From a virus: 40,236 nucleotides of DNA. The stretch's first letter is position 1. Each line of letters starts with the position of its first letter. The stretch is taken from UHGV virus genome UHGV-0191845. One strand, given 5' to 3'. Below are positions 1-8,472 of the stretch, one piece after another. A program made the position numbers and the translations under genes. A model generated the notes under the pieces. It worked only from the letters and a program-made list of their open reading frames with translations, was not told where the DNA came from and ran no database searches.

Positions 1-261
1 ACGGCACAATCACATCACGCGGAGCGGAGCACAGAAGCCGCAAAACAAAACCGCTTACTTACCGACAGCGCACGTCGGTTACAGGTTTCACTCCTGTGAG
101 ACCGTTCAGGCATAAGAGGTCAGCTCTCTTATGCCGAGGGGTATGGGGGAATCGAAACCCCCATGTTTTTGGTTCTTTTGACACCAAAAGAACATAATCC
201 GTTCGATTCCGAACAACGCTTCTGCTGCTTAGCGATTCGGTTTTAAAGGCGTCAAGCCTTT
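1..261 (+). repeat. Structured ~350-bp dispersed element, copy A (right part; continues from 40110-40236 across the window end)
   Basis: Colinear with 35956-36215. Hairpins TATGGGGG-AATCGAAA-CCCCCATG (142-165), GTTCTTTTG-ACAC-CAAAAGAAC (172-193), GTTCG-ATTC-CGAAC (201-214), AAAGGC-GTCAA-GCCTTT (245-261). Confidence 0.95.
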
Positions 262-276
262 ACAGCGTGCAAAAAG

Positions 277-305
277 TTTACAGGATTTTAAAACGGGATT
301 ATAAT
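277..305 (+). promoter_or_regulatory. Putative late promoter for the head operon
   Basis: TTTACA (277-282), 17 bp, TATAAT (300-305) just upstream of the scaffold gene; same AAGTTTACAG(G/C)ATT context as at 18326 and 36231. Confidence 0.75.
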
Positions 306-328
306 TAAACATGAGAGGAGTGAGTGAG

Positions 329-1273
329 ATGATAAATAAACACTCTGAAGGAAGCATTGACCTGCAGAGGTTCGCAATCGGCACGGGCGGCGGTGCGGAC
401 GGAGCGGGAGATGCGGGCGTAAGCGCGGCGAGCGCCCAGCCGCAAACGGACGTAAAAGTTTTATACGGCAGGCAGCCGGCTGCCGAAGAGTCCGCCGTCG
501 GGACGGAAGAAAATGCAGAGGGAGAAAATCCCGATGTGCAAACGGCTGAAAATGACGGGGAAGAAAACGCCGGGGAAAACGGCGCGGAAAGCTTTGACGA
601 CCTCATCGGGGGAAAATTCAGAAACGAATTTAACGAGCGCGTGAACGGGATTGTTCAGCGCAGGCTTGCCGAAAAGAACGGCGCGCACGCACGTGAGAGC
701 GCGATTGTAAGCAGACTTTGCGCACGCTACGGCGCAAAGGACATCGGGGAGCTTGAGGCGTTTCTGGGGAGCGAGGAGGCAGTTTCGTCCTTGGCAGTGG
801 CGGCGGGAATGAACACCGACACATACCTTGAGCTTGAAAGGCTGCGCGAGGAAACGGCGGCGGCGCACGAGATGCAGCAGAGGCTTATGCAGACGCAGGC
901 GGCGGAAAAGCAATATGCCGACTGGACACGCGAGGCGGAAAGCGTGCGCGGAGTTTACGGGGACTTTAACCTTGACGAGGAGCTTAAAAATCCGCAGTTC
1001 CGTTCGCTTATAATGACAAAGAATCCGCAGTACTCAATTTCGATGCTTGACGCATACAGAATTGCGCATTTTGACGAGATTTCAAAGGCGGCGGAGGCAC
1101 AGGCGGCGGAAAAGGTTGCGGCGAGCGTGAGCGCGAGAGCGGCGCGCCCGACCGAGAACGGACTGGGCGCGGGGAGCGGCGTTGTTGTTAAGAGTGATGT
1201 TAAATCTTTCACAAAAAAGGACCGCCAGGAAATTGCCCGGAGAGTTGCAAGAGGAGAAAAAATTGTTTTGTGA
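329..1273 (+). CDS. Capsid scaffolding protein
   Basis: Directly upstream of the capsid gene; N-terminal DLQRFA Prp-cleavage-type motif, acidic low-complexity region, then coiled coil. Start chosen after GAGGAG RBS (ATG at 311 is an alternative). Confidence 0.8.
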   Translation: MINKHSEGSIDLQRFAIGTGGGADGAGDAGVSAASAQPQTDVKVLYGRQPAAEESAVGTEENAEGENPDVQTAENDGEENAGENGAESFDDLIGGKFRNEFNERVNGIVQRRLAEKNGAHARESAIVSRLCARYGAKDIGELEAFLGSEEAVSSLAVAAGMNTDTYLELERLREETAAAHEMQQRLMQTQAAEKQYADWTREAESVRGVYGDFNLDEELKNPQFRSLIMTKNPQYSISMLDAYRIAHFDEISKAAEAQAAEKVAASVSARAARPTENGLGAGSGVVVKSDVKSFTKKDRQEIARRVARGEKIVL

Positions 1274-1289
1274 GAAAGGAGAAACAGAT

Positions 1290-2615
1290 ATGTTTAAATT
1301 AAATTTACAGCGCTTTGCATCGGGCGCGGACACCGTTGTGAATACCACGGTGGGATACACGAATGCACAGTCGGGAGCGAATTCGCCGTATGACGAGGGC
1401 GGCGGACTTTCGCAGGAGATGAAGCAGTATTACTCGGATTATCTTATCGACATGGCAGAGCCGAAGCTTGTGCACGACCAGTTCGGGCAGAAGCGGCCGA
1501 TTCCGAAAAACAACGGAAAGGTGATTGAGTTCAGGAAGTACGATCCGCTTCCGAAAATGACAACGCCGCTTGCCGAGGGAGTGACGCCGCGCGGACAGAA
1601 GCTGAACATGGGAACGGTTTCGGCAGAGGTGAAGCAATACGGCGGATACATTGAATTATCCGACATTTTGCTGTTGGCGGCGATTGACAACAACTTGGTG
1701 CAGGCAACGAAGGTGCTCGGCGGACAGGCGGGCAGAACGCTTGACACGATTACGCGGGAGGTGCTTTCGGGCGGTACAAACGTGCAGTATGCCGAGGGTG
1801 ACGTTTCGGAGCGTTGCGAGCTTGTGGGCGGTGCGGCATCGGGCAATCATTATTTGACGGTGGACGCAATCCGCCGCGCGGTGCGATACCTTAAGACGCA
1901 GAACGCAGAGCCGATCAACGGAAGCTATGTGGGGATTATCCATCCGGACGCAGCATACGATTTGATGAGCGATCCGAAGTGGGTTAACGTTAAAACATAT
2001 TCAGATCCCGAGGGAATTTATCAGGGCGAAATCGGAAAGATTGAAAATGTGCGCTTTGTTGAAACGAGCGAGGCAAAGATTTTCAATCCCACGCTTAAGT
2101 TTACCGTTTCATCGTACAGTGCGGCAAGCGGAACGACCCCGGACGTGGGCGTGACGAGCGGCTACAAGCTGACGGTTAAGGAACCGCTTTCAAAGGCTGA
2201 CATACAGGCGGCGATAAGCGGCGAACTCGACATAATCCTGTGTGACAAGGACGGCGGAACGGGTTTGTATGTAACAGTTGTCGGCGGATTGAGCACATCG
2301 GGCATTTTGCTGCTTGAGGAGGCGCCGAGCTTTACACCGGCGGCAGGCGACGTTATCTGCACGGACGACGGCGGATTTATGGGACGCGCCGTTTACTCCA
2401 CGCTTATTTTGGGCGATAACGCATACGGCACAACGGAGCTTTCGGGCGGCGGACTGGAGCATATCACAAAGCAGCTCGGTTCTGCCGGAACAGGCGATCC
2501 GCTCAATCAGCGCGCAACGGCAGGCTGGAAAGCAACAAAGGCGGCTGTGCGGCTTGTTGAGCCGTACATGGTGAGAATCGAAACGGCGAGCACGTTCGAT
2601 TCGGACGATAATTGA
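1290..2615 (+). CDS. Major capsid protein, N4-gp56 family
   Basis: AAGGAG RBS; MFKLNLQRFA start; motifs PIPKNNGKVIEFRKY, LAEGVTP, QYGGYIELSD, GEIGKIENVRFVET, DPLNQRATAGWK typical of this family. Confidence 0.9.
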   Translation: MFKLNLQRFASGADTVVNTTVGYTNAQSGANSPYDEGGGLSQEMKQYYSDYLIDMAEPKLVHDQFGQKRPIPKNNGKVIEFRKYDPLPKMTTPLAEGVTPRGQKLNMGTVSAEVKQYGGYIELSDILLLAAIDNNLVQATKVLGGQAGRTLDTITREVLSGGTNVQYAEGDVSERCELVGGAASGNHYLTVDAIRRAVRYLKTQNAEPINGSYVGIIHPDAAYDLMSDPKWVNVKTYSDPEGIYQGEIGKIENVRFVETSEAKIFNPTLKFTVSSYSAASGTTPDVGVTSGYKLTVKEPLSKADIQAAISGELDIILCDKDGGTGLYVTVVGGLSTSGILLLEEAPSFTPAAGDVICTDDGGFMGRAVYSTLILGDNAYGTTELSGGGLEHITKQLGSAGTGDPLNQRATAGWKATKAAVRLVEPYMVRIETASTFDSDDN

Positions 2616-2630
2616 GGGAGGTAGTTACAG

Positions 2631-2957
2631 ATGGCTTCTAAAAAAGAAAATGCAGAAGCGCTTTCGGCGGTAACGGAGGAAGCCGCACCGAAAAGCACAA
2701 AGTCCGGAAGATACGGGCGAATAATAAACGGCGGCGGCAAAACGGAAGTAGAGCTTTTCCGCGACAGCAAGGATTACAAGGACGATGTTTTTGTAGCGGT
2801 GAACGGCAAGGGGATACAGATTAAGCGCGGAGTGCGCGTGAAAATCCCCGTAAGCTACGCAAAGGTTTTGCGCCGCGGACAGAAGCAGGATACCGAGGCG
2901 GCGCGGCTTGCCGACAAAAAGCAGGATGAATTTTACGAGGAAACGCAGAGAATCTGA
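2631..2957 (+). CDS. Hypothetical virion-associated protein following the capsid gene
   Basis: GGAGG RBS, 108 aa, DVFVAVNGKGIQIKRGVRVKIP; position after the capsid gene. Confidence 0.7.
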   Translation: MASKKENAEALSAVTEEAAPKSTKSGRYGRIINGGGKTEVELFRDSKDYKDDVFVAVNGKGIQIKRGVRVKIPVSYAKVLRRGQKQDTEAARLADKKQDEFYEETQRI

Positions 2958-2972
2958 GACTGATGCGGATTG

Positions 2973-3008
2973 GGGGCATTGAGGCGGCGAGCTTTAATGC
3001 CCCTTTTT
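2973..3008 (+). terminator. Rho-independent terminator after the head genes
   Basis: GGGGCATTGAGG-CGGCGAG-CTTTAATGCCCC followed by TTTTT. Confidence 0.85.
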
Positions 3009-3028
3009 ATAAAGGCGGCGATATGAGA

Positions 3029-3088
3029 GATGCGGAATGCGGAATGCAGAATGCTGAATTATGAATTATGCATTGCGCATTGTGCATC
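3029..3088. repeat. Degenerate 7-bp tandem repeat (GAATGCG/GAATTAT/GCATTGC)
   Basis: About 8 heptamer units; related arrays at 31738-31780 and 34878-34917. Confidence 0.8.
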
Positions 3089-3105
3089 AGATCGGAGGTT
3101 ATGAA

Positions 3106-5238
3106 ATGGATAAATTTTTTAATATTGGTGTTGACATAAAAAACGAGAGGATAAAGGTGCTTGAGGGAATTTTTACGGGTGACGGCGTGAGAATGAGGCT
3201 GACGCTTTCGGACAACGGAAAAAGGATTGATTTTACGGGGGCGCAGATAATCAGACTGACAGTCAGAAAGGGCGATTACAAGACCGTTGAAACGGTTGAG
3301 CTGCTGAAGGAAATTCAGGCGGCGGAGGCGGAGAACGGGATAATCGAGATAATTCTTCCCGAAAGCTTTGTGAGCGATAAGGGAATGCATCAGCTTCAGG
3401 CGGCGCTCATCGGTGCGGACGGGCAGATTTCATGTGCAAGAGTGAATTATATTGTAAGCTCGGCAGGAGAGGACGCGGAGGCGAGCGGGGAGGATTTGCA
3501 GACGTGCGGTCAGCTGCTGAAAAAGGCTTCGGCGGCGCTTGACGCGGAGAATGTGAGAGTTACCGCGGAGGCGGCGCGGCAGACGGCGGAGGACCTGCGG
3601 GCGGCGGCGGAAGCTGAGAGAAAAACCGCGGAGAACGGCCGCGAGGCGGCGGAAACGGCGCGCGCAGGCAATGAGACGGCGCGCAAAAATGCGGAAGCAG
3701 CGCGCTCTGCGGCGGAAAGCGACAGAAGCTCCGCCGAGGGTGCACGCAAGGGAATGGAAACGCTGAGAAAAAACGCTGAAAAGGCACGCACCGAAGCGGA
3801 GACGGAGAGGGCGGCAGCCGAGGAAGAAAGAACCGCAGCCGAAACGGAGCGGCAGGCAGCGGAAACGGCGAGAGCGACAGCGGAAACGGCGCGCGCGAAT
3901 GCGGAGGCGGCGCGTGAGAGTGCGGAAAAAAGCCGAGCTGCGGCGGAAACTAACCGCAGATACAAGGAGATTGACCACGCAAACCGCGAGGTTGAGCGCA
4001 AAAGCTCGGAGACGACGCGAAAAAAAAATGAAACGGCGCGCGCGAATGCGGAGGCTGCGAGAGCAGCGGCGGAGGACGACCGCACGGCAGCGGAAGCGGA
4101 GAGAGCGGCAGCGGAAACGGCGCGCGAAAGTGCGGAAACAGAGAGGGCGGCAGCGGAAGCGGAGAGAGCCGAGGCATTAAAGCTTAAAGCCGATTACAGT
4201 TACGTTGATACGGAGCTTGCCGAAAAAGCCGATGTTACGGATATACCGACAAAGGTGTCGGAGATGGAGAACGACAGCGGCTATATTACGGAATTAAAGG
4301 CGTCTGACAAGCTTTGCCCGAGGGGGAGCGCGGAAAGTCTGACATCATCGCTCACGCTTGCGGACTGCTGCGGCGGCACAAATGTCCGCAATTATGTAAT
4401 TCACGGAGCAGAGGGCGGCGTCGGTGATTTAAACTCAGACACGGGGAAATATGAAATCCCCGTAACGGTTCGCGGAAAGAATATTATGAGTATGTCAAGA
4501 GATGTGCGGGCGGGATTTGATTCGGGGGCGATAGTCGAAAAGGGTGTGGACTATGTTGTCGCGCAAATGTCCGCCTCGGCATCAAATGCAGAACATGGCA
4601 GCACAAACAACTCCTCGGGGTGGCTGGGGATAAATGCGCTGAAAGTGACAGCGGCGGCGTTTAACAACTGCTTTTTTAAAGATATAAAGCCGAGCACAAC
4701 ATATACGCTGAGTTACGATTTTGAGTATTTTTATCTGCCTGACGGGCTGACATCGGTAAAGCATCGGGGTCAGATTTCAATCAGCGGGAAAAGCGAGTAC
4801 ACTAACGCGTTGGTAACGGAGGCAGGCAAAAAGTATCATTATAAGCTGACGTTTACAACGCCCGAAACAATCACGACAATTATGTTTTTCTTCACGCTTA
4901 ACTCATGCAAGGTGAAGCTTTCGAACATAATGCTTGAGGAGGGCGGAAGCGAAACGGATTACGAAAGATATGCAGAGCCGCAGACGGCGGTAATCGAGCT
5001 TTCCGCACCGCTCGGGAAAAACGACCATGTTGTGAATGCTTCGGGAACAACGTTTAAAAACAGCGTGCTTTCAAAGGCGAGCACAGCGGAAATACCGCTT
5101 ATTGCTTCGGGAACGAACACAATCGAGGTCGGAACAGCGACTGCGCCGGGGAAAATCGAGGTTGAGTATTACAAGGACATAAACAAAATAGTAAATAATT
5201 TAACAAATGCGATACTTGCACAGGGAGGAAATGTATAA
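3106..5238 (+). CDS. Tail fibre / receptor-binding-type structural protein
   Basis: GGAGG RBS; BppU-like N-terminus, long Ala/Glu/Arg heptad coiled coil (AETERAA repeats, ~3550-4175), PTKVSEMENDSGYIT linker, beta-rich C-terminal domain starting GKNI. Confidence 0.7.
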   Translation: MDKFFNIGVDIKNERIKVLEGIFTGDGVRMRLTLSDNGKRIDFTGAQIIRLTVRKGDYKTVETVELLKEIQAAEAENGIIEIILPESFVSDKGMHQLQAALIGADGQISCARVNYIVSSAGEDAEASGEDLQTCGQLLKKASAALDAENVRVTAEAARQTAEDLRAAAEAERKTAENGREAAETARAGNETARKNAEAARSAAESDRSSAEGARKGMETLRKNAEKARTEAETERAAAEEERTAAETERQAAETARATAETARANAEAARESAEKSRAAAETNRRYKEIDHANREVERKSSETTRKKNETARANAEAARAAAEDDRTAAEAERAAAETARESAETERAAAEAERAEALKLKADYSYVDTELAEKADVTDIPTKVSEMENDSGYITELKASDKLCPRGSAESLTSSLTLADCCGGTNVRNYVIHGAEGGVGDLNSDTGKYEIPVTVRGKNIMSMSRDVRAGFDSGAIVEKGVDYVVAQMSASASNAEHGSTNNSSGWLGINALKVTAAAFNNCFFKDIKPSTTYTLSYDFEYFYLPDGLTSVKHRGQISISGKSEYTNALVTEAGKKYHYKLTFTTPETITTIMFFFTLNSCKVKLSNIMLEEGGSETDYERYAEPQTAVIELSAPLGKNDHVVNASGTTFKNSVLSKASTAEIPLIASGTNTIEVGTATAPGKIEVEYYKDINKIVNNLTNAILAQGGNV

Positions 5239-5447
5239 TGTTTAACTACAGAAATTTTTTGATGACGGGATTCAGAAGCGCGGTCGGTCACATGGCGGAT
5301 TATCAGGTGATACTAAACGCTAACGGCTACTATGAAAAGGGAGTTCTGACGGAAGATGACCTTTCCGAGCTTCAGTCAATGATTGAGGAGAAGAACGCGG
5401 CGGAAAATGCGGGGGTGACGGAGAATGACGGCGAGGGAAATTGTTGA
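5238..5447 (+). CDS. Small tail-fibre-associated protein
   Basis: Translationally coupled (TAATG), GGAGG RBS, 69 aa. Confidence 0.7.
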   Translation: MFNYRNFLMTGFRSAVGHMADYQVILNANGYYEKGVLTEDDLSELQSMIEEKNAAENAGVTENDGEGNC

Positions 5448-5769
5448 ACGCGTTCGGAGGCGCGACATTGCGGCGGACGAGCTGAGGCTTTACGGTGCGC
5501 TTGAGACGCTTGAGGAAAAGATAAGAGATTACGCGAGGCTGCCGGAAAAGCAGTTTTCAGAGGACGGAGAGCTTTACGCGCCGGAGATGTTCTTTGACAT
5601 GTACGAGGAATATTTAAAGCGCGACAACGCGATAATTTCCGAGGACTGGGACTGCTACGAGCGGCACGAGGGGCTTTTCCGCGCGGCATGGGAGCGGTAC
5701 TGCGAATATGCGGTGAGGAATGCGGAGCTGCGCGAGCAGAAATTCAAGATCGAAACGGGGTGGACATGA
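5425..5769 (+). CDS. Putative head-tail adaptor protein
   Basis: 114 aa helical protein (ELYAPEMFFDMYEEYL) directly before the tail hub gene; function inferred from position. Confidence 0.5.
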   Translation: MTAREIVERVRRRDIAADELRLYGALETLEEKIRDYARLPEKQFSEDGELYAPEMFFDMYEEYLKRDNAIISEDWDCYERHEGLFRAAWERYCEYAVRNAELREQKFKIETGWT

Positions 5770-8351
5770 TGGCGGACATGACGGCGAGGACGGCGGTTTT
5801 CAGGGGACTGAACAGAAAGCCTTATATTGCGGACGGGGAAATGCGGAGAATGAAAAATCTTTGCTCGGACGCATATCCGTATCTTTCAAGCAGCAGAGCG
5901 GCGGATGAATATCGGTTTAAGGTGTCGGTACCGGCGAAAGCGGGGGACGGATACGAAGCGAATACGGCAGAGCTGCCGGACGCGGCTGCGGAGCACGAGG
6001 GGGCGGTGTACAGGCTTGTGCCTGCCGCCGCCGCATACACCCCGGGAGAATATTATTACGCATACGGCGGAGAGTGGAAAAAGGGAATTTACGAAAAAAA
6101 ATTCATGGGAGCGGTGACGGAAGCGCCGAGCGGATTCCGGACGGATTTGTATATCTGCACGACACCCAAAAATACAGATATATATGGGGAATGGCGCTAT
6201 GCAGGCGATCACAACGGGAAAATAATAAAATGGCTTGGGAAAACGGGCGGCGGATTTGTGCGCGGAGGGTATTACGTTTACAAATCGGAGTCATGGGAGG
6301 AATGGATACCGACAGATCAGGATTACAACGGATTCAATTTTGAAGAGAAGAACCTTGAGGAATGTTCGACGAGCAGATGGTACGGCTATGACAGGAAATG
6401 GATCGGAGAAACAAACGAGCAGTTTACAAACGGAGAAAGATATATGTTTGTGCGGAAATCGCGCGGGTGGTGGCAGAGCACGGCATATTCATACGTGACG
6501 GCGGCGGAAATGCCGAGTGCGGCGAATGCGGCGGACGGGACGCAGTACCGCTATGCAGGCGCGCCGATACTGCAAAACGGTGCATATTACCGATGTGACG
6601 AGGATGTGAACACGGATGGGGCGGTGTACTTTTACAGCGAGGTGGAAGCCGCAGCCGCAGCCGAGGAAGTGACAACGCTGCCGCAAGCCGCAGCGGCGCG
6701 CCTTGGGAAGGTATACAAATACACAAAAGAAACGGAAGCCGGATATTACATTTGCGAAAAGACGGATACAGGGTGGGGATGGAAACAGACGGAGCGGCCG
6801 AACACCGTTAAAAACCTTACGCTGACGGAATACTTGAATAATTATTACAAAAAATTTGAAGCGGCAAGCTTTTTGGCGGTGCATGAGCATTTCGGCAGCC
6901 TTGCGGCACTGGTGAAGGCTGCGACCGGAGATATTTGGCTTTATTACAGGGAAAAATGCTACAAGGTGCCGAGGCAGAACGCAGAGGGCGCGCTTAAGCT
7001 TTCAAGCTGCGGAGATTATTTGCTGATAGGCGAGTGCGGCGATTATCTTAATACGCGGACGGAAAAATACACCGAGGGGGACGGCTGCTTTGATTTTGCG
7101 GTGCAGTGCGACGAATTTGAATCGGCGGCATCGGGGAAAATTCGGAAAAGCGCCGTTACGGAGACCTGTTTGCGCGTGTATTCGCAGGACAGGGGGCTGC
7201 TTGAAAAAATTGCGGAAGCGCTTGACAAAAGCGAGCTGACCTTTAAATTATACACAGACGTGCACCGTGACGAATCGCTTTATACAACGGTGAAGCTTGA
7301 GAACGGAGAACACGCGGCAGCGGTTGAGGACGCATCGAGCGGGAGAAAGCTTGCAAGCGGCGCATGGCTTGAGCTTGAGCTTTATGTGCTTTCGGTGAAG
7401 ATAAAAAGCACGATGATGCGGCGCGACTTCAACAGCGAGGAGCTGAGGATAAAATCAGTCGGGCAGGAGGACTGCGTGCCGTGGAAAAACAGGCTTTGGA
7501 GCTACGACGGCGGCGCAGTGCGCGGAAGCGTGCAGGGAATATTTAAGGAAAGCGGCGGAATTGACTGGACGACGATGGACTCCACCGGAATGTCGGCAAT
7601 AAGGAGAACGCTTTGGCAGGGCGGAAACGTGACGGGGATTGCGGCGATAACGGGGAGAGTGGTGTGCTTTAAACGAGGGTACATATACACGCTTTCGGGA
7701 GAGATGCCGTCGACGATGTACACAAGCGGAATAAGCTGCCCGGGACTGAGAGAGGATAACAAAAAGAGCATTGCGGTGCTTGAGGACGGTGTGTTTTACC
7801 TTTCGGACACGGGAGTTTATGTGTTCACGGGAGGATTTCCGACAAACATTTCCGAAAATGCGGGGATAAAGGGCACGGACGCTTGCGGCGGCACTGACGG
7901 CGTGAAGTATTATCTGTCGCTTAAAGAGGAAAGCGGAGAATACGCGTTTTATGTGTATGATGTGAGAAAAAGGCTGTGGCACAGGGAGGACAGCGTGCAT
8001 GCGCTGTCGTTTACGGTGATTGACGGAAAGGTGTGCTACTGCGACGCACAGAGCGGCAAGGTGATGGTTTACGGAAGCGAGGGCGCAGAGGAATGGGAAA
8101 CGGAGCTTGAATATGACGAGGGGACATGGCAGAAGAAAAAGTACAAAAAAATTGTTGTGCGCGGTGATTTTGAGGACGCGGACGTTTACCTGAGCGCGGA
8201 CGGCGAGGAGTGGCGGGCAATCGGCCACAGCACGGGAAAAGAGGAATTTCCGATTATTCCGCTTGTGTGCGAAAGACTGAAAATAAAAATTAAGGGAACG
8301 GGCAAATGCGTGATTAAGAGCATTGACAGGATATTTGAGGTGATAGCATGA
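5766..8351 (+). CDS. Podovirus-type tail nozzle / stabilisation protein with inserted repeated modules
   Basis: N-terminal FRGLN...DGEMRRMKNL.SD.YPYLSSR and C-terminal beta-propeller-like segments (SIAVLEDGVFYLSDTGVYVFTGG.P, YVYDVRKRLWHRED). Confidence 0.65.
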   Translation: MMADMTARTAVFRGLNRKPYIADGEMRRMKNLCSDAYPYLSSSRAADEYRFKVSVPAKAGDGYEANTAELPDAAAEHEGAVYRLVPAAAAYTPGEYYYAYGGEWKKGIYEKKFMGAVTEAPSGFRTDLYICTTPKNTDIYGEWRYAGDHNGKIIKWLGKTGGGFVRGGYYVYKSESWEEWIPTDQDYNGFNFEEKNLEECSTSRWYGYDRKWIGETNEQFTNGERYMFVRKSRGWWQSTAYSYVTAAEMPSAANAADGTQYRYAGAPILQNGAYYRCDEDVNTDGAVYFYSEVEAAAAAEEVTTLPQAAAARLGKVYKYTKETEAGYYICEKTDTGWGWKQTERPNTVKNLTLTEYLNNYYKKFEAASFLAVHEHFGSLAALVKAATGDIWLYYREKCYKVPRQNAEGALKLSSCGDYLLIGECGDYLNTRTEKYTEGDGCFDFAVQCDEFESAASGKIRKSAVTETCLRVYSQDRGLLEKIAEALDKSELTFKLYTDVHRDESLYTTVKLENGEHAAAVEDASSGRKLASGAWLELELYVLSVKIKSTMMRRDFNSEELRIKSVGQEDCVPWKNRLWSYDGGAVRGSVQGIFKESGGIDWTTMDSTGMSAIRRTLWQGGNVTGIAAITGRVVCFKRGYIYTLSGEMPSTMYTSGISCPGLREDNKKSIAVLEDGVFYLSDTGVYVFTGGFPTNISENAGIKGTDACGGTDGVKYYLSLKEESGEYAFYVYDVRKRLWHREDSVHALSFTVIDGKVCYCDAQSGKVMVYGSEGAEEWETELEYDEGTWQKKKYKKIVVRGDFEDADVYLSADGEEWRAIGHSTGKEEFPIIPLVCERLKIKIKGTGKCVIKSIDRIFEVIA

Positions 8352-8470
8352 CGGAGCTGATAGACGCGAAACGGATTATATTTGAAAACGGAAAAAACGC
8401 GCAGGAGCTTTTCGAGGAGCTGAAAGCAAGGCTTGAAGAGCTGAGCGCGGCAAAAACCGAGGAGGGGTAA
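8348..8470 (+). CDS. Small hypothetical protein (40 aa)
   Basis: GAGGTG RBS, ATGA overlap with upstream stop; MTELIDAKRIIFENGKNAQELFEELKARLEELSAAKTEEG. Confidence 0.6.
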   Translation: MTELIDAKRIIFENGKNAQELFEELKARLEELSAAKTEEG

Positions 8471-8472
8471 AA

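Noticed and set aside
1182..1289. Extended N-terminus of the capsid ORF as given in the ORF track (likewise 3061, 5688, 28945, 29965, 31740)
   Set aside because: Better RBS-supported downstream starts exist; the extensions overlap upstream genes or repeats.
3430..4180. Long minus-strand and alternative-frame ORFs over the coiled-coil region (similarly 28974-29339, 30900-31673, 32446-33301, 37670-39017)
   Set aside because: Shadow ORFs of GC-rich or repetitive coding sequence; low complexity and no RBS.
3106..5238. Diversity-generating retroelement target in the tail fibre
   Set aside because: No reverse transcriptase in the genome and no template/variable repeat pair with adenine-specific mismatches seen.
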